A stretch of DNA of 64,000 bases from an uncultured Pelagibacteraceae bacterium (lineage in GTDB: Bacteria > Pseudomonadota > Alphaproteobacteria > Pelagibacterales > Pelagibacteraceae). Shown here one piece after another: positions 1 to 10,539 of the stretch; position 1 is the first letter of the stretch; each line of letters opens with the position of its first letter. Where the stretch lies: positions 10,502-74,501 of the forward strand of contig CACMUH010000002.1 in assembly GCA_902616875.1 (NCBI GenBank), read 5' to 3'. The notes under the pieces are model-generated. The model was not told the DNA's origin, did no database searches, and saw only the letters and a list, made by a program, of their open reading frames with translations. A program made the position numbers and the translations under genes.

Positions 1-220
1 TCTTATATAAAGATTTAACGATTTTAAGACAATTACCTGATTGATTGGGGTTGCCAGGCCCAGGTGAAATTACAATCTTATGATATCTTTTTTTTAAAAT
101 TTCATGAGATGTAATTTGATCATTTCTAATTACTTCAACATTCACTTTTAATGAAGACAAATAATGATAGAGATTGAAAGTAAAACTATCGTAATTATCA
201 ATTAAAATTATTTTTTTCAT
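1..220 (-). CDS. trpG: Anthranilate synthase component II (glutamine amidotransferase), 5' part; runs off the window
   Basis: Manual translation from ATG at 220: MKKIILIDNYDSFTFNLYHYL...IVISPGPGNP. IDNYDSFT and SPGPG motifs; ATGA overlap with trpE stop. Confidence 0.93.
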   Translation of the reverse strand, partial: MKKIILIDNYDSFTFNLYHYLSSLKVNVEVIRNDQITSHEILKKRYHKIVISPGPGNPNQSGNCLKIVKSLYK

Positions 221-1677
221 TTCAATGCATTAATTAAAGCTTTTGCTTTATTTACTGTTTCTTCGTATTCCTTTAATGGTTTGCTATCTGCAACAATCCC
301 AGCTCCAGCTTGGACATAAAATCTGTTATTTTTTGCAACAGCTGTTCTTAAAGCAATACATGTATCAAACTCTCCATTCGCCGCGAAATACCCAATGCCA
401 CCTGCATAAACCTTCCTTTTCGTAGACTCTAGTTCATCAATAATTTCCATAGCTCTTATTTTGGGAGCTCCAGAGACAGTTCCAGCTGGAAAACCCGCTA
501 AAAGAGACTTAAATTTAGAAAATCTTTTATCATGTTTACCTATTACGTTCGAAACTATATGCATTACATGTGAATACCTTTCAATTATAAAACTTTCAGT
601 AATTTTAATAGAATTAGTCTTAGATACCTTTCCGGCATCATTTCTTCCAAGATCTAATAACATTAGATGTTCAGAAAGTTCTTTTTTATCTTTAAGTAAA
701 TCTTTCTCATAAAAACGATCCTCTTTAATAGTTTTTCCTCGAGGTCTTGTCCCGGCAATGGGTCTTACAGTTATTTCGCCATCTCTTAACCTTACTAATA
801 TTTCGGGACTTGCACCTATTATTTGGAAATCGGTAAAATTAAAAAAAAACATAAACGGAGATGGATTAGTTATTCTCAATTTTTTATAAATATCGATTGG
901 TTTTTTTGTCAATTTAGTCTCAAAACGCTGGCTTAAAACGACTTGAAATATATCTCCTAATTTAATGTATTTTTTTGCCTTATTAACTATAGATAAAAAT
1001 TTATTTTTAGAGGTATTTGAATTAATTATAATTTTTTTTGACTTATTATTTATTAAATTTTCTATTTTTTTAACTGATGATTGTAAAGAGAGGGTGAAAA
1101 GTTCAGATTGGATATCTTTATATTTATTTTTGTAATTCGTAATTTTTTCATCTTTAAAAATATTATTGATAAAGAATATTTCCTTTTTCAAATTGTCGTG
1201 AATAATAAGTGTTCTTGGACGTAATAATCTAACATCAGGTAATTTTAAGTCATCTTTACAATTGTTTGGGATTTTTTCGATGTACCTAATTGCATCGTAT
1301 GAAAAATATCCTGAAATCAAAGAACAAATTTTCGGTAACTTATTAGGAGTTTTAAACTTAAAATCTTCAATTATTTTTTCAATCAAATATTTAGGTTTAT
1401 CCTTTAACCTAATTTTTTTATTTTTCTTTATCAAATAAGAATTATTATTATTAAATTCCCAAATTTTATCAGGATTTCTCCCAAATATGGTATATCTGCC
1501 TCTAATTTTACCTTTTTCTACTGACTCAAAAATAAAGCTATTTTTTTCAGTTAAAAAGTTATCAATTAAATTAATTATTTCTTCATCAGCTTTTACTTTT
1601 CTTGATGTATAGATTATTTGATTTTCGTTGTTTCTGTGTCGAAACTTGAATTCTTTGAAGCTTCGATTAATTTTCAT
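217..1677 (-). CDS. trpE: Anthranilate synthase component I
   Basis: GDIFQVVLSQR, NPSPFMF, ASPE, PIAGTRPRG, EHLMLLDLGRND, GTVSGAPKIRAM motifs; adjacent to trpG. Confidence 0.96.
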   Translation of the reverse strand: MKINRSFKEFKFRHRNNENQIIYTSRKVKADEEIINLIDNFLTEKNSFIFESVEKGKIRGRYTIFGRNPDKIWEFNNNNSYLIKKNKKIRLKDKPKYLIEKIIEDFKFKTPNKLPKICSLISGYFSYDAIRYIEKIPNNCKDDLKLPDVRLLRPRTLIIHDNLKKEIFFINNIFKDEKITNYKNKYKDIQSELFTLSLQSSVKKIENLINNKSKKIIINSNTSKNKFLSIVNKAKKYIKLGDIFQVVLSQRFETKLTKKPIDIYKKLRITNPSPFMFFFNFTDFQIIGASPEILVRLRDGEITVRPIAGTRPRGKTIKEDRFYEKDLLKDKKELSEHLMLLDLGRNDAGKVSKTNSIKITESFIIERYSHVMHIVSNVIGKHDKRFSKFKSLLAGFPAGTVSGAPKIRAMEIIDELESTKRKVYAGGIGYFAANGEFDTCIALRTAVAKNNRFYVQAGAGIVADSKPLKEYEETVNKAKALINALK

Positions 1678-3092
1678 TTAAAATAGTTTTTAACTCGTTC
1701 AATAGTCTGTTGATTTAAAGAAACATCATATTTGTCGTTTAAAAATGTATCATAAGATTTTAATAATGAATTTTTGTTTTTAGAATTTTGTTTTGCAATA
1801 TATTGTTTAAATTCCTCTTTATTTGTATCTATGATTTGTTTTTCAAATTTTTTGACTTTTGCTAAGTAAATATTGTTTTTTTCATCATTTATTAAAGTAA
1901 ATGATTTCTCAGGTAAGCTATATAAAACTTCAACAGCATTAATATCAAATTTTTTATTATCTCGCATAGAATTCAAATTTATTGCCTGGATCTTATCTTT
2001 TCCCATCTCTAAAAAATTATTGTCATTAAATTTTTTATTGGTTATTTCATTTAATAATTTTTGGTTATAATCAAATTTATTTTTTTGAAAAACTAATTCG
2101 AGCACTTCTTCTTTAATTTGTTTATCACTTAAATCTGGTGATTTTTGGGTAATATTTTTTATATTATATAGGATATAGTTATTTTTATTCTCAAAAATAT
2201 CAAATTTATTATTTCTTAATTCGTAAATTTTTTTTTCAATTTCATTTTTATCTGTAGAAAATCTAAAATTACTAATATCAACCGATTTTAAATCAAAATT
2301 TGATGTGATTGTTTTAAAATCAATTTCATTGGATATGGCAACTTCAATTTCATCAATTTTGTCAAAAAAAGATTGATTGAAATCATCTACACCAATTAAA
2401 TTTTTAGGATTTATGATTGAGTAGCTGAAATCTAAGTACTCTATTTTTAACTCATCTTTATTATCCTTAATAAAATTTTCTAATTCTTTATCTGTAATAT
2501 CATCTTTATTTACATAAAAATCATTTAAATCAATAAATTCTATTTCAAGTTTTTGATTTTCTTCTTTAAATAGTTTTGTTGTAAGAAATTGAGGGGAGGT
2601 TGTACCAGCACCAATATAATCAAAAAGATTTTTTTGCAATTCTCTTAATTTAAGTCTCTGTTCAAATCCTGGAGCAGATAAATTATTTTCTAATAAAAAT
2701 TTTTCATATTTAATTCTCTGAAAAACACCATTTTCATCTCTAAAAGTTTTATTTTCTTTTATCTTTTTTAATAAAGTGACCTCAGAAATTGTCAGATCAA
2801 AATCTTTTATTTCTAGATCCAGTAAAGTAGTAGAAACTAAACCAGACAGAATTTCTTCAATAATGTTTTGCTCTAAATTTTCTCTGATTGTTTTTTCAGG
2901 GATTCCTGATTTATTTACGTAATCAATAAAATCTTCAGTGGAAATACTATTATTATTAATTTTAGCAATATTGTTAGTATTACCACTACTGAACATTCCA
3001 CCCATACCCCAAAATACAAATGGAATTATCATTATAAAAACTAACAAACCAGCAAACTTAGTTTTTGCAAAATTTCTTAAACTACTAATCAT
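1674..3092 (-). CDS. PpiD/SurA-N-domain membrane-anchored periplasmic chaperone
   Basis: N-terminal TM (IIPFVFWG) then SurA-N-like helical region (GVFQRIKYEKFL); position between tpiA and trpE matches alphaproteobacterial ppiD. Confidence 0.75.
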   Translation of the reverse strand: MISSLRNFAKTKFAGLLVFIMIIPFVFWGMGGMFSSGNTNNIAKINNNSISTEDFIDYVNKSGIPEKTIRENLEQNIIEEILSGLVSTTLLDLEIKDFDLTISEVTLLKKIKENKTFRDENGVFQRIKYEKFLLENNLSAPGFEQRLKLRELQKNLFDYIGAGTTSPQFLTTKLFKEENQKLEIEFIDLNDFYVNKDDITDKELENFIKDNKDELKIEYLDFSYSIINPKNLIGVDDFNQSFFDKIDEIEVAISNEIDFKTITSNFDLKSVDISNFRFSTDKNEIEKKIYELRNNKFDIFENKNNYILYNIKNITQKSPDLSDKQIKEEVLELVFQKNKFDYNQKLLNEITNKKFNDNNFLEMGKDKIQAINLNSMRDNKKFDINAVEVLYSLPEKSFTLINDEKNNIYLAKVKKFEKQIIDTNKEEFKQYIAKQNSKNKNSLLKSYDTFLNDKYDVSLNQQTIERVKNYFK

Positions 3093-3146
3093 TACTATAA
3101 ATTTATTGATCTATAAAAAGCAAACCTATAAATTAAAATAAGCCTC

Positions 3147-3884
3147 ATGACAAATAAATATATGTTTTTTATTGCCAATTGGAAAATGTTTGGTGTTTTA
3201 AATTCGTTAAATACGCTGAATAGAGTTGTTAAATTTTTTAAAAACTTCAAAAAAAGAAAATTTTTGAAAATAATTTACTGCCCACCTAGCACTCTAATAG
3301 AGCCAATGTCAAAAAAATTGAGAGGTTCAAATATTGAAGTTGGTGCGCAAAATTGTCATGAGCAGGATGTTTATGGTGCTTTTACAGGTTCAGTCAATTC
3401 GTCAATGTTAAAAAGTGTTGGTGCTAAATATATTATTATTGGCCACTCTGAAAATAGACAAGCTGGTGAAACTGATAAATTAATAAATCTAAAGATTAAA
3501 AGTGCATTGAAGTCTGGGCTGAGGGTAATTTTTTGTATTGGTGAGACGCTTAAAGCAAAAAGAAAAAAAATTACCAAAAGTGTTTTAAATAGACAGATTA
3601 AAGCAGGTTTGAAAAATATTAAAAATAATAAAAAAATTATAATCGCATATGAACCAGTTTGGTCAATTGGTACAGGAATTATACCAAAATCTGATGACTT
3701 ATCTAAGACAATCAGTTTTATTAAAAAAGAAAAAAAGAATTATAAAGTTCTTTATGGTGGCTCAGTAAATCCAAAAAATATTAATCAATTGAAATCTATA
3801 AATAATATTGATGGTTACTTAATAGGTGGGGCATCTCAAGATCCTAAAAAATTTATTGATATAATTAAAAAAACATATAATTAA
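3147..3884 (+). CDS. tpiA: Triosephosphate isomerase
   Basis: ANWKM, GHSE, AYEPVWSIGTG, YGGSV motifs. Confidence 0.97.
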   Translation: MTNKYMFFIANWKMFGVLNSLNTLNRVVKFFKNFKKRKFLKIIYCPPSTLIEPMSKKLRGSNIEVGAQNCHEQDVYGAFTGSVNSSMLKSVGAKYIIIGHSENRQAGETDKLINLKIKSALKSGLRVIFCIGETLKAKRKKITKSVLNRQIKAGLKNIKNNKKIIIAYEPVWSIGTGIIPKSDDLSKTISFIKKEKKNYKVLYGGSVNPKNINQLKSINNIDGYLIGGASQDPKKFIDIIKKTYN

Positions 3885-3890
3885 CCCCTC

Positions 3891-4193
3891 ATGGAAAATA
3901 TATTGTTAATTTTGAACATCATATTCGGATTAATATTGGTGTTACTAGTTTTGATGCAAAAGTCTGAGGGTGGTGCTTTAGGAATTGGAGTTTCTCAGGA
4001 AAGTTTTATGTTTTCCAGATCAGCAGGTAATTTTATGACCAAAGCAACAGCCGTTGTTGCCACTTTATTTATAATTTGTAGTTTAGCACTTACAATTGTA
4101 TCTAGAGGAGAATTAACACCTACATCATCTGTTTTGGATACTATTGAAGAAAAAGCAGAGGATACTCCCGCTATTCCAGAAAATAATAATTAA
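3891..4193 (+). CDS. secG: Preprotein translocase subunit SecG
   Basis: Two TM helices, VLMQKSEGGALG motif; tpiA-secG-pyrG synteny. Confidence 0.93.
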   Translation: MENILLILNIIFGLILVLLVLMQKSEGGALGIGVSQESFMFSRSAGNFMTKATAVVATLFIICSLALTIVSRGELTPTSSVLDTIEEKAEDTPAIPENNN

Positions 4194-4233
4194 TACTTTT
4201 AATTTTCTTTTTTATTCGCTATAAGATACTTCC

Positions 4234-5850
4234 ATGGCGCAATTTATTTTTGTCACGGGCGGCGTGGTTTCATCATTAGGAAAAGGTCTCTCTTCTGCAT
4301 CTCTAGCTTATTTACTTCAATCGAGAGGGTATAAAGTTAGATTAAGGAAGTTAGATCCTTATTTAAATGTAGATCCTGGAACAATGAGCCCATTTCAACA
4401 CGGAGAAGTTTTTGTAACTGATGATGGTGCCGAAACAGATTTAGATCTTGGACATTATGAGAGATTTACTGGAGTATCTGCAAAGAAGTCTGATAATATT
4501 ACTACAGGTAAAATTTATAACGATGTATTAAAAAAAGAACGTGAAGGAAAATATCTCGGAAAAACAGTTCAAGTAATTCCACATATTACCGATAGAATAA
4601 AAGAGTTTATAAAGAATGATTCATCGAAAGAAGATTTTGTTATTTGTGAAATTGGCGGAATTGTTGGTGATATTGAGAGTCTACCATTTATTGAGGCCAT
4701 AAGACAATTTGCAAATGAAATAGGAAAAAAAAATGCATTATTTATACATCTTACCTTAGTACCTTATTTAAAGTCCTCAGATGAAATTAAAACTAAACCG
4801 ACCCAACATTCTGTTAAAGAATTGAGAAGCATAGGTGTTCAACCTGACATTATAATATGTAGATCAGAAAGACCCATCCCTTTAGAGCATCGTAAAAAAA
4901 TCTCACTTTTCTGCAACGTGGATATTAAAAATGTAATAGAAACTGTTGATGTAAAAACAATTTATGAAGCACCGATAAGTTTTTTTAGAGAAAAACTTGA
5001 CGTTCAAGTATTAAATTATTTTAAGCTTAAATCAAAAAAACCTGCAAACCTTAAACCCTGGAAAAAAATAACTAAAATTATTTTACAAACTAAAAAACAG
5101 GTAAATATTGCCATAATTGGTAAATACGTTGAGTTAAAAGATGCTTATAAATCTTTAGATGAAGCTCTTACTCATGGAGGTATTCAAAATAATGTTAAGG
5201 TAAATTTAGTAAGAATAGACTCTGAAAAATTAAAAGTTTCTGAGATTAAATCAAAACTTAAACACATTTCAGGTATATTAATACCTGGTGGTTTTGGTAA
5301 ACGAGGAACAACTGGAAAAATAGAGTCAATAAAATATGCTAGAAAAAATAAAGTTCCTTTTCTTGGGATATGTTATGGAATGCAAATGGCAATTATAGAA
5401 TTTGCGAGAAATCAATTAAATTTAAAAAAAGCAACTTCGAGTGAATTTGATAGAAATGGCATACCTGTAATTGGATTAATTAATGAGTGGATTAAAGATG
5501 GAAAAACTATCAAAGGAACTGATAAAAATCTAGGTGGAACAATGAGATTAGGCTCTTACGATGCGAAATTACAAAATAATTCTAAAATTAAAAAAATTTA
5601 TGGAAAAAAAATTATCAAAGAAAGACATCGACACAGATATGAAGTTAACATTAATCTAAAAGACAAATTTGAAAAAAAAGGAATGAGTTTTTCTGGTTTA
5701 TCACCCGATGGTTTTTTACCTGAGATTATTGAGTTAAAAAATCATCCCTGGTTTATTGGCGTTCAGTTTCATCCAGAATTTAAATCTAGACCTTTTGCTC
5801 CACATCCTTTATTCTCATCTTTTATCAAAGCATCAAAAAATCATAAATGA
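4234..5850 (+). CDS. pyrG: CTP synthase
   Basis: FVTGGVVSSLGKG, DPYLNVDPGTMSP, GICYGMQ, QFHPEF motifs. Confidence 0.98.
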   Translation: MAQFIFVTGGVVSSLGKGLSSASLAYLLQSRGYKVRLRKLDPYLNVDPGTMSPFQHGEVFVTDDGAETDLDLGHYERFTGVSAKKSDNITTGKIYNDVLKKEREGKYLGKTVQVIPHITDRIKEFIKNDSSKEDFVICEIGGIVGDIESLPFIEAIRQFANEIGKKNALFIHLTLVPYLKSSDEIKTKPTQHSVKELRSIGVQPDIIICRSERPIPLEHRKKISLFCNVDIKNVIETVDVKTIYEAPISFFREKLDVQVLNYFKLKSKKPANLKPWKKITKIILQTKKQVNIAIIGKYVELKDAYKSLDEALTHGGIQNNVKVNLVRIDSEKLKVSEIKSKLKHISGILIPGGFGKRGTTGKIESIKYARKNKVPFLGICYGMQMAIIEFARNQLNLKKATSSEFDRNGIPVIGLINEWIKDGKTIKGTDKNLGGTMRLGSYDAKLQNNSKIKKIYGKKIIKERHRHRYEVNINLKDKFEKKGMSFSGLSPDGFLPEIIELKNHPWFIGVQFHPEFKSRPFAPHPLFSSFIKASKNHK

Positions 5851-6671
5851 ATAGCATTAAAGTAAATTGTGGAAAAATAGACATTTCGAACAATGATAAG
5901 ATTTGTATAATTTCTGGACCTTGCCAGCTTGAAAGCGAACAACACGCAATGGATATGGCAGGAAAAATTAAGGAAATTACCTCAAAATTTGGTCTTGGAT
6001 TTATTTACAAAACTTCATTTGATAAAGCTAATAGAACAAGTTTAAAAGGCAAAAGGGGAGCTGGATTAGAAGCTTCTTTGCCTGTGTTTGATAAGATAAA
6101 AAAAGAATTAAATATCCCTATTCTAACAGACATTCATAATGCTGAGCAATGTGCAATCGTTTCAAAACATGTTGATGTCTTACAAATCCCAGCTTTTTTA
6201 TGTAGACAAACAGACTTGTTAATTGCTGCAGCTAAAACAAATAAAATTATTAATGTAAAAAAAGGTCAATTTCTTGCACCATGGGATATGGTTAATGTAA
6301 CAAAGAAAATTTCAGAATCTGGAAATGACAAAATATTAGTAACTGAAAGAGGTGCAAGTTTTGGGTACAACACTTTAGTTTCTGACATGAGGTCGTTACC
6401 AATAATGGCTAAGAATGGTTATCCAGTAATTTTTGATGCAACACATTCAGTGCAACAACCAGGTGGTCTTGGAGAAAAAAGTGGTGGTCAAAGAGAATTT
6501 GTTGAATATTTAGCAAGAGCTGCAGTTGCAGTTGGAGTTGCAGGAGTTTTTATTGAAACCCATCAAGATCCAGATAATGCTCCATCTGATGGACCTAACA
6601 TGGTGCCATTAGATAAATTAGAAGATCTTCTAAAACAATTAAGTGATATAGATAATCTTATTAAAAATTAA
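5847..6671 (+). CDS. kdsA: KDO 8-phosphate synthase
   Basis: GPCQLES, SFDKANRTS, QIPAFLCRQTDL, DATHSVQ; pyrG-kdsA-eno synteny. Confidence 0.97.
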   Translation: MNSIKVNCGKIDISNNDKICIISGPCQLESEQHAMDMAGKIKEITSKFGLGFIYKTSFDKANRTSLKGKRGAGLEASLPVFDKIKKELNIPILTDIHNAEQCAIVSKHVDVLQIPAFLCRQTDLLIAAAKTNKIINVKKGQFLAPWDMVNVTKKISESGNDKILVTERGASFGYNTLVSDMRSLPIMAKNGYPVIFDATHSVQQPGGLGEKSGGQREFVEYLARAAVAVGVAGVFIETHQDPDNAPSDGPNMVPLDKLEDLLKQLSDIDNLIKN

Positions 6672-7928
6672 GTGAGTAAAATTCTAAAAGTTAAAGCAAG
6701 ACAAGTTTTTGATAGTAGAGGAAATCCAACTATTGAAGCAGAGGTTTATGTTAAAAACAAAAGTGCAAAAGCAATATGTCCCTCAGGAGCTTCTACAGGT
6801 ACTTATGAAGCCTATGAAAAAAGAGATACCAACAATAAAAGATATTTAGGCAAAAGTGTATTCTCAGCAATAAATTTAATTAATTCTAAAATATCTAGAG
6901 CTCTGAGAAATAAAAATATTCATGATCAAGAAAGAATAGATGAAATACTTATTAATTTAGATGGGACTAAGCAAAAGACAAAACTAGGAGCTAATGCAAT
7001 ATTATCAGTATCGATGGCTGCAAAAAAATTATCAGCAAAAGTAAAAAGAATTCCTCTTTATAAATCTTTTTATGCAACAAAATATTTTCAATTACCTTAT
7101 CCATTAATGAATATTATTAATGGTGGAGCACACGCTGATAATGGTCTTAGAATTCAAGAATTTATGATTAGACCTGATAAAGCAAAATCTTTTTCTGAGG
7201 CAATGAGAATATGTTATTTAGTAATTAAAAACTTAAGTAAATTAATTAAAGCAAAAGGTTTAGCCACATCGGTTGGTGATGAAGGTGGATTTGCACCGAT
7301 GATTAATAGCAACAATCAGGCCTTAGATTTGATTGTTTTATCAATTAAAAAATCAGGATTTAGAAATGGTAAAGATGTTTCAATTTGTTTGGATGTTGCA
7401 GCTAATGAATTATTTAAAAAAGGTAAATATTCTATTCACTCAAAAAAATATGTTTCTGTTGATAAAACAATTTCAGAGTACAAAAAAATGATTGATAAAT
7501 ATAAAATTAAATCGATTGAAGATCCATTTTCTGAAAACGATTGGACGTCGTGGAGTAAATTTATGAGATCTACTAAAAAAGTGCAGATAGTTGGAGATGA
7601 TCTTTATGTTACAAATTTGGAAAGATTAAAAAAGGGATTTCTAAATGTTTCATCAAACTCAATTTTGATAAAACTAAATCAAATTGGTACAGTTACCGAA
7701 ACACTTGATGTTATAAGATTTGCTCAAACTATAGGGTTTAATACTATTATTTCACATCGATCAGGAGATAGTGAAGATACATTTATTGCCGATTTAGCGG
7801 TAGGTACCAACTCCAACCAAATAAAAACAGGATCTTTAGCTAGATCTGAAAGAGTGGCTAAATATAATCAATTAATTCGTATAGAAGAAGAACTTGGAAA
7901 AAAAGCTAGAATGAATAAGATTCATTAA
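6672..7928 (+). CDS. eno: Enolase (GTG start)
   Basis: DSRGNPT, PSGASTG, GDEGG, GDDL, KLNQIG, SHRSG, QIKTGS, RSER. Confidence 0.97.
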   Translation: MSKILKVKARQVFDSRGNPTIEAEVYVKNKSAKAICPSGASTGTYEAYEKRDTNNKRYLGKSVFSAINLINSKISRALRNKNIHDQERIDEILINLDGTKQKTKLGANAILSVSMAAKKLSAKVKRIPLYKSFYATKYFQLPYPLMNIINGGAHADNGLRIQEFMIRPDKAKSFSEAMRICYLVIKNLSKLIKAKGLATSVGDEGGFAPMINSNNQALDLIVLSIKKSGFRNGKDVSICLDVAANELFKKGKYSIHSKKYVSVDKTISEYKKMIDKYKIKSIEDPFSENDWTSWSKFMRSTKKVQIVGDDLYVTNLERLKKGFLNVSSNSILIKLNQIGTVTETLDVIRFAQTIGFNTIISHRSGDSEDTFIADLAVGTNSNQIKTGSLARSERVAKYNQLIRIEEELGKKARMNKIH

Positions 7929-8230
7929 TGCTTCAAAGATTAAAAAAAAATTACCTTTTATTAGTTTCTACTTTTTTGATTCTTTATTTCTTTTTTAATC
8001 TTTTATCTGGTCAAAGAGGTTTAATTTCATATTTTGAAAAAAAAGAGATTTTAAAAAACTTAAAACAACAAGAATCATTAATAATTAACCAAATAAGTGA
8101 CTTGGAATTTAAGAATTCATTGTTAAGTGACAATCTAGATCTTGATTATATAGAATCTTTGATTAGAGAAAGGTTCATATTTGGTAAAAAAAATGAAAAA
8201 ATTTATATAATTAAAAAAAATGAAAATTAG
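7928..8230 (+). CDS. ftsB: Septum formation initiator FtsB/DivIC
   Basis: N-terminal TM, GQRGL, coiled coil, [11 protein letters not shown]; follows eno. Confidence 0.85.
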   Translation: MLQRLKKNYLLLVSTFLILYFFFNLLSGQRGLISYFEKKEILKNLKQQESLIINQISDLEFKNSLLSDNLDLDYIESLIRERFIFGKKNEKIYIIKKNEN

Positions 8231-9140
8231 ACACCCAGAAAAGCAAAACAAACCGATAAATCCAATTAAAAAAAAACCAGATTGGATAAGATCAAAATTA
8301 GTAAATAGCAAAGAATTTTTTTTAACAAAAACAATTGTAAATAAAAATAATCTTGTAACAGTTTGTCAGGAAGCTAATTGTCCAAATATTACGGAATGTT
8401 GGAGTAAAAGACATGCTACCTTTATGATTATGGGTGACACATGTACAAGAGCGTGTGCTTTTTGTGACGTAAAAACTGGTAAGCCAGGAAAACTGGATAA
8501 TCTCGAACCAATAAAAATTTCTCAAGCTGTAAAAAAATTAAATCTTAAACATGTTGTAATAACATCAGTTGATCGAGATGACTTAGATGATGGTGGTTCA
8601 AATCATTTTTTTGAAGTTATTAATCAAACAAGAAAAACAAATCCAAATACTACAATTGAAGTTTTAACCCCTGATTTTTTAAGAAAGGGTGATGCTTATA
8701 AAAAAGTTTTAGAGGCAAATCCTGATGTTTTTAATCACAATATTGAAACCGTTCCAAGTCTTTATCTAAAAGTAAGACCAGGTTCTAGATATTTTGCATC
8801 TTTGGAACTTTTGAAAAATGCTAAAATGATAAATAAGAAAATTTTTACTAAATCAGGGATAATGGTTGGCTTAGGTGAAAAAAAAGATGAAATTTTACAG
8901 GTAATGGATGATTTAAAAGCTGCTGACGTAGATTTTTTAACTATTGGTCAATACTTACAACCATCTGTTAGACATCATCCTCTTAACAGATACTATACTC
9001 CAGAGGAATTTGATGAATTAGGAAGTATTGCAAAAGCGAAAGGTTTTTTATTAGTTTCATCATCACCATTAACAAGATCTTCTTATCATGCAGATGAAGA
9101 TTTTGCTAAGCTACAACAAAACCGGATAAACAATCATTAA
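8220..9140 (+). CDS. lipA: Lipoyl synthase (radical SAM)
   Basis: [20 protein letters not shown] and C-terminal RSSYHA. Confidence 0.98.
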   Translation: MKIRHPEKQNKPINPIKKKPDWIRSKLVNSKEFFLTKTIVNKNNLVTVCQEANCPNITECWSKRHATFMIMGDTCTRACAFCDVKTGKPGKLDNLEPIKISQAVKKLNLKHVVITSVDRDDLDDGGSNHFFEVINQTRKTNPNTTIEVLTPDFLRKGDAYKKVLEANPDVFNHNIETVPSLYLKVRPGSRYFASLELLKNAKMINKKIFTKSGIMVGLGEKKDEILQVMDDLKAADVDFLTIGQYLQPSVRHHPLNRYYTPEEFDELGSIAKAKGFLLVSSSPLTRSSYHADEDFAKLQQNRINNH

Positions 9141-9598
9141 TGCCAAAAGCTTCAGTTAAGCGATTAATTGAATGTGAAAAAAAAGACTTAATTGAACTTG
9201 TTTTAGATATAGAAAAATACCCTGAATTTGTTCCATTTTGTTTTGATGCAAAAATATATGAAAACAAACAAGATGGTGATTTGCAAAAAATTATTGCTGA
9301 TTTAACCATTGGTAAAGGACCATTTAAAGATACATACAAAAGTGATGTAGCCTTTAATAAAAAAACTGATTCAATTTATGTTAAAAACATAGAAGGACCA
9401 TTAAATCATTTAACAAATAATTGGACGTTTAGTGATAAAAATAATGGTATTACTGAAGTTACCTTTGATATTGATTTTGAAATAAAGAATAAATTTTTAA
9501 ATTCTTTAATGGTAGTCTCTTTTCAATTTGGTTTAGAAAAAATAGCTGATGCCTTTCAAAAAAGAGCTGAAGAATTATTTGGAAATTCTAAGAACTAA
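9140..9598 (+). CDS. START/Coq10-family ubiquinone-binding protein (RatA/PasT family)
   Basis: LVLDIEKYPEFVPFC, GPLNHLTNNW, FQKRA motifs; conserved after lipA in alphaproteobacteria. Confidence 0.88.
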   Translation: MPKASVKRLIECEKKDLIELVLDIEKYPEFVPFCFDAKIYENKQDGDLQKIIADLTIGKGPFKDTYKSDVAFNKKTDSIYVKNIEGPLNHLTNNWTFSDKNNGITEVTFDIDFEIKNKFLNSLMVVSFQFGLEKIADAFQKRAEELFGNSKN

Positions 9599-10036
9599 AT
9601 CTAAAGCTTTTTTAACAGTGGCTTTTTGAATTGAAGATCTTTTTTTACTTTTGAATAAACACCTATTAATCTGCACTTTTTTATCTTTTTTAATACCGAT
9701 ATAAACTAAACCGACAGGCTTTTGTTTGGTGCCACCTTTGGGGCCAGCGATACCAGTTATAGAAACGTTAATATTGGCTTTTGAAATTTTAGATAAGTTA
9801 TTTACCATTGCTAAACAACATTGGTGACTAACTGCACCATGATTTTTAATAATATTTTTATTCACTTTAAGAATTCTAATTTTAGCTTGGTTAGAGTAGG
9901 TGACTAGTCCTAAATTAAATATTTTTGAGGCACCACTTATTGAGGTAATTGAGCTAGCTAACATCCCGCCAGTACAAGACTCAGCAACAGAAAGTTTTAA
10001 TTTTTTTTTGGTTAAAAGTTTGACTAAAGTTTTCAT
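9575..10036 (-). CDS. cinA: CinA C-terminal domain / NMN deamidase PncC
   Basis: AESCTGG, TYSN, GAVS, ITGIAGP, KPVGLV. Start moved to ATG at 10036, which is coupled to the pgpA stop. Confidence 0.9.
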   Translation of the reverse strand: MKTLVKLLTKKKLKLSVAESCTGGMLASSITSISGASKIFNLGLVTYSNQAKIRILKVNKNIIKNHGAVSHQCCLAMVNNLSKISKANINVSITGIAGPKGGTKQKPVGLVYIGIKKDKKVQINRCLFKSKKRSSIQKATVKKALDLVLRISK

Positions 10037-10539
10037 TAAATCAAATAACTGCTTAATAACATAAAACAAATTAATGATAGAACAACATATAATCCCGCAC
10101 AAACATCGTCCATTATTACACCGAAACTATTTTTGTAATTTTTGTCAAAATAATTTACTGGAAATGGTTTCAGTATGTCAAAAATTCTAAAAAGCACAAA
10201 ACAAATACCATAAAAAATTATGGCTTCATCAGATGTTTTTTGTGTTCCATGGGATATTTCATAGAGATAAATTGGTATAGATTGACCAATAAATTCGTCA
10301 ATAATAACTTCTTTTGGATCTTTATTTTCTTTTTCCTTTATATGGGATGCTACTGCTATGAATGAATAAATAAAAATAATAAGCAAACCTATTAAGACTA
10401 TATTTGGTGATAACTTTAATACATGAAAAAAAAAATAAAGAAAAATAATTGTAGCTAAAGATCCAAAAGTTCCAGGTATAATCTTAATTTTTCCTAGCCC
10501 AAACATTGTTACTAATAATGAATTAAAAGTTTTAATCAT
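10036..10539 (-). CDS. pgpA: Phosphatidylglycerophosphatase A
   Basis: PGTFGSL, DPKEVIIDEFIG, FRIFDILKPFP, GVIMDD. Confidence 0.95.
   Translation of the reverse strand: MIKTFNSLLVTMFGLGKIKIIPGTFGSLATIIFLYFFFHVLKLSPNIVLIGLLIIFIYSFIAVASHIKEKENKDPKEVIIDEFIGQSIPIYLYEISHGTQKTSDEAIIFYGICFVLFRIFDILKPFPVNYFDKNYKNSFGVIMDDVCAGLYVVLSLICFMLLSSYLI

Noticed and set aside
9140-9598. RatA/PasT read as a toxin-antitoxin toxin
   Set aside because: No RatB/PasI partner; the family is Coq10-like and routinely follows lipA in alphaproteobacteria.
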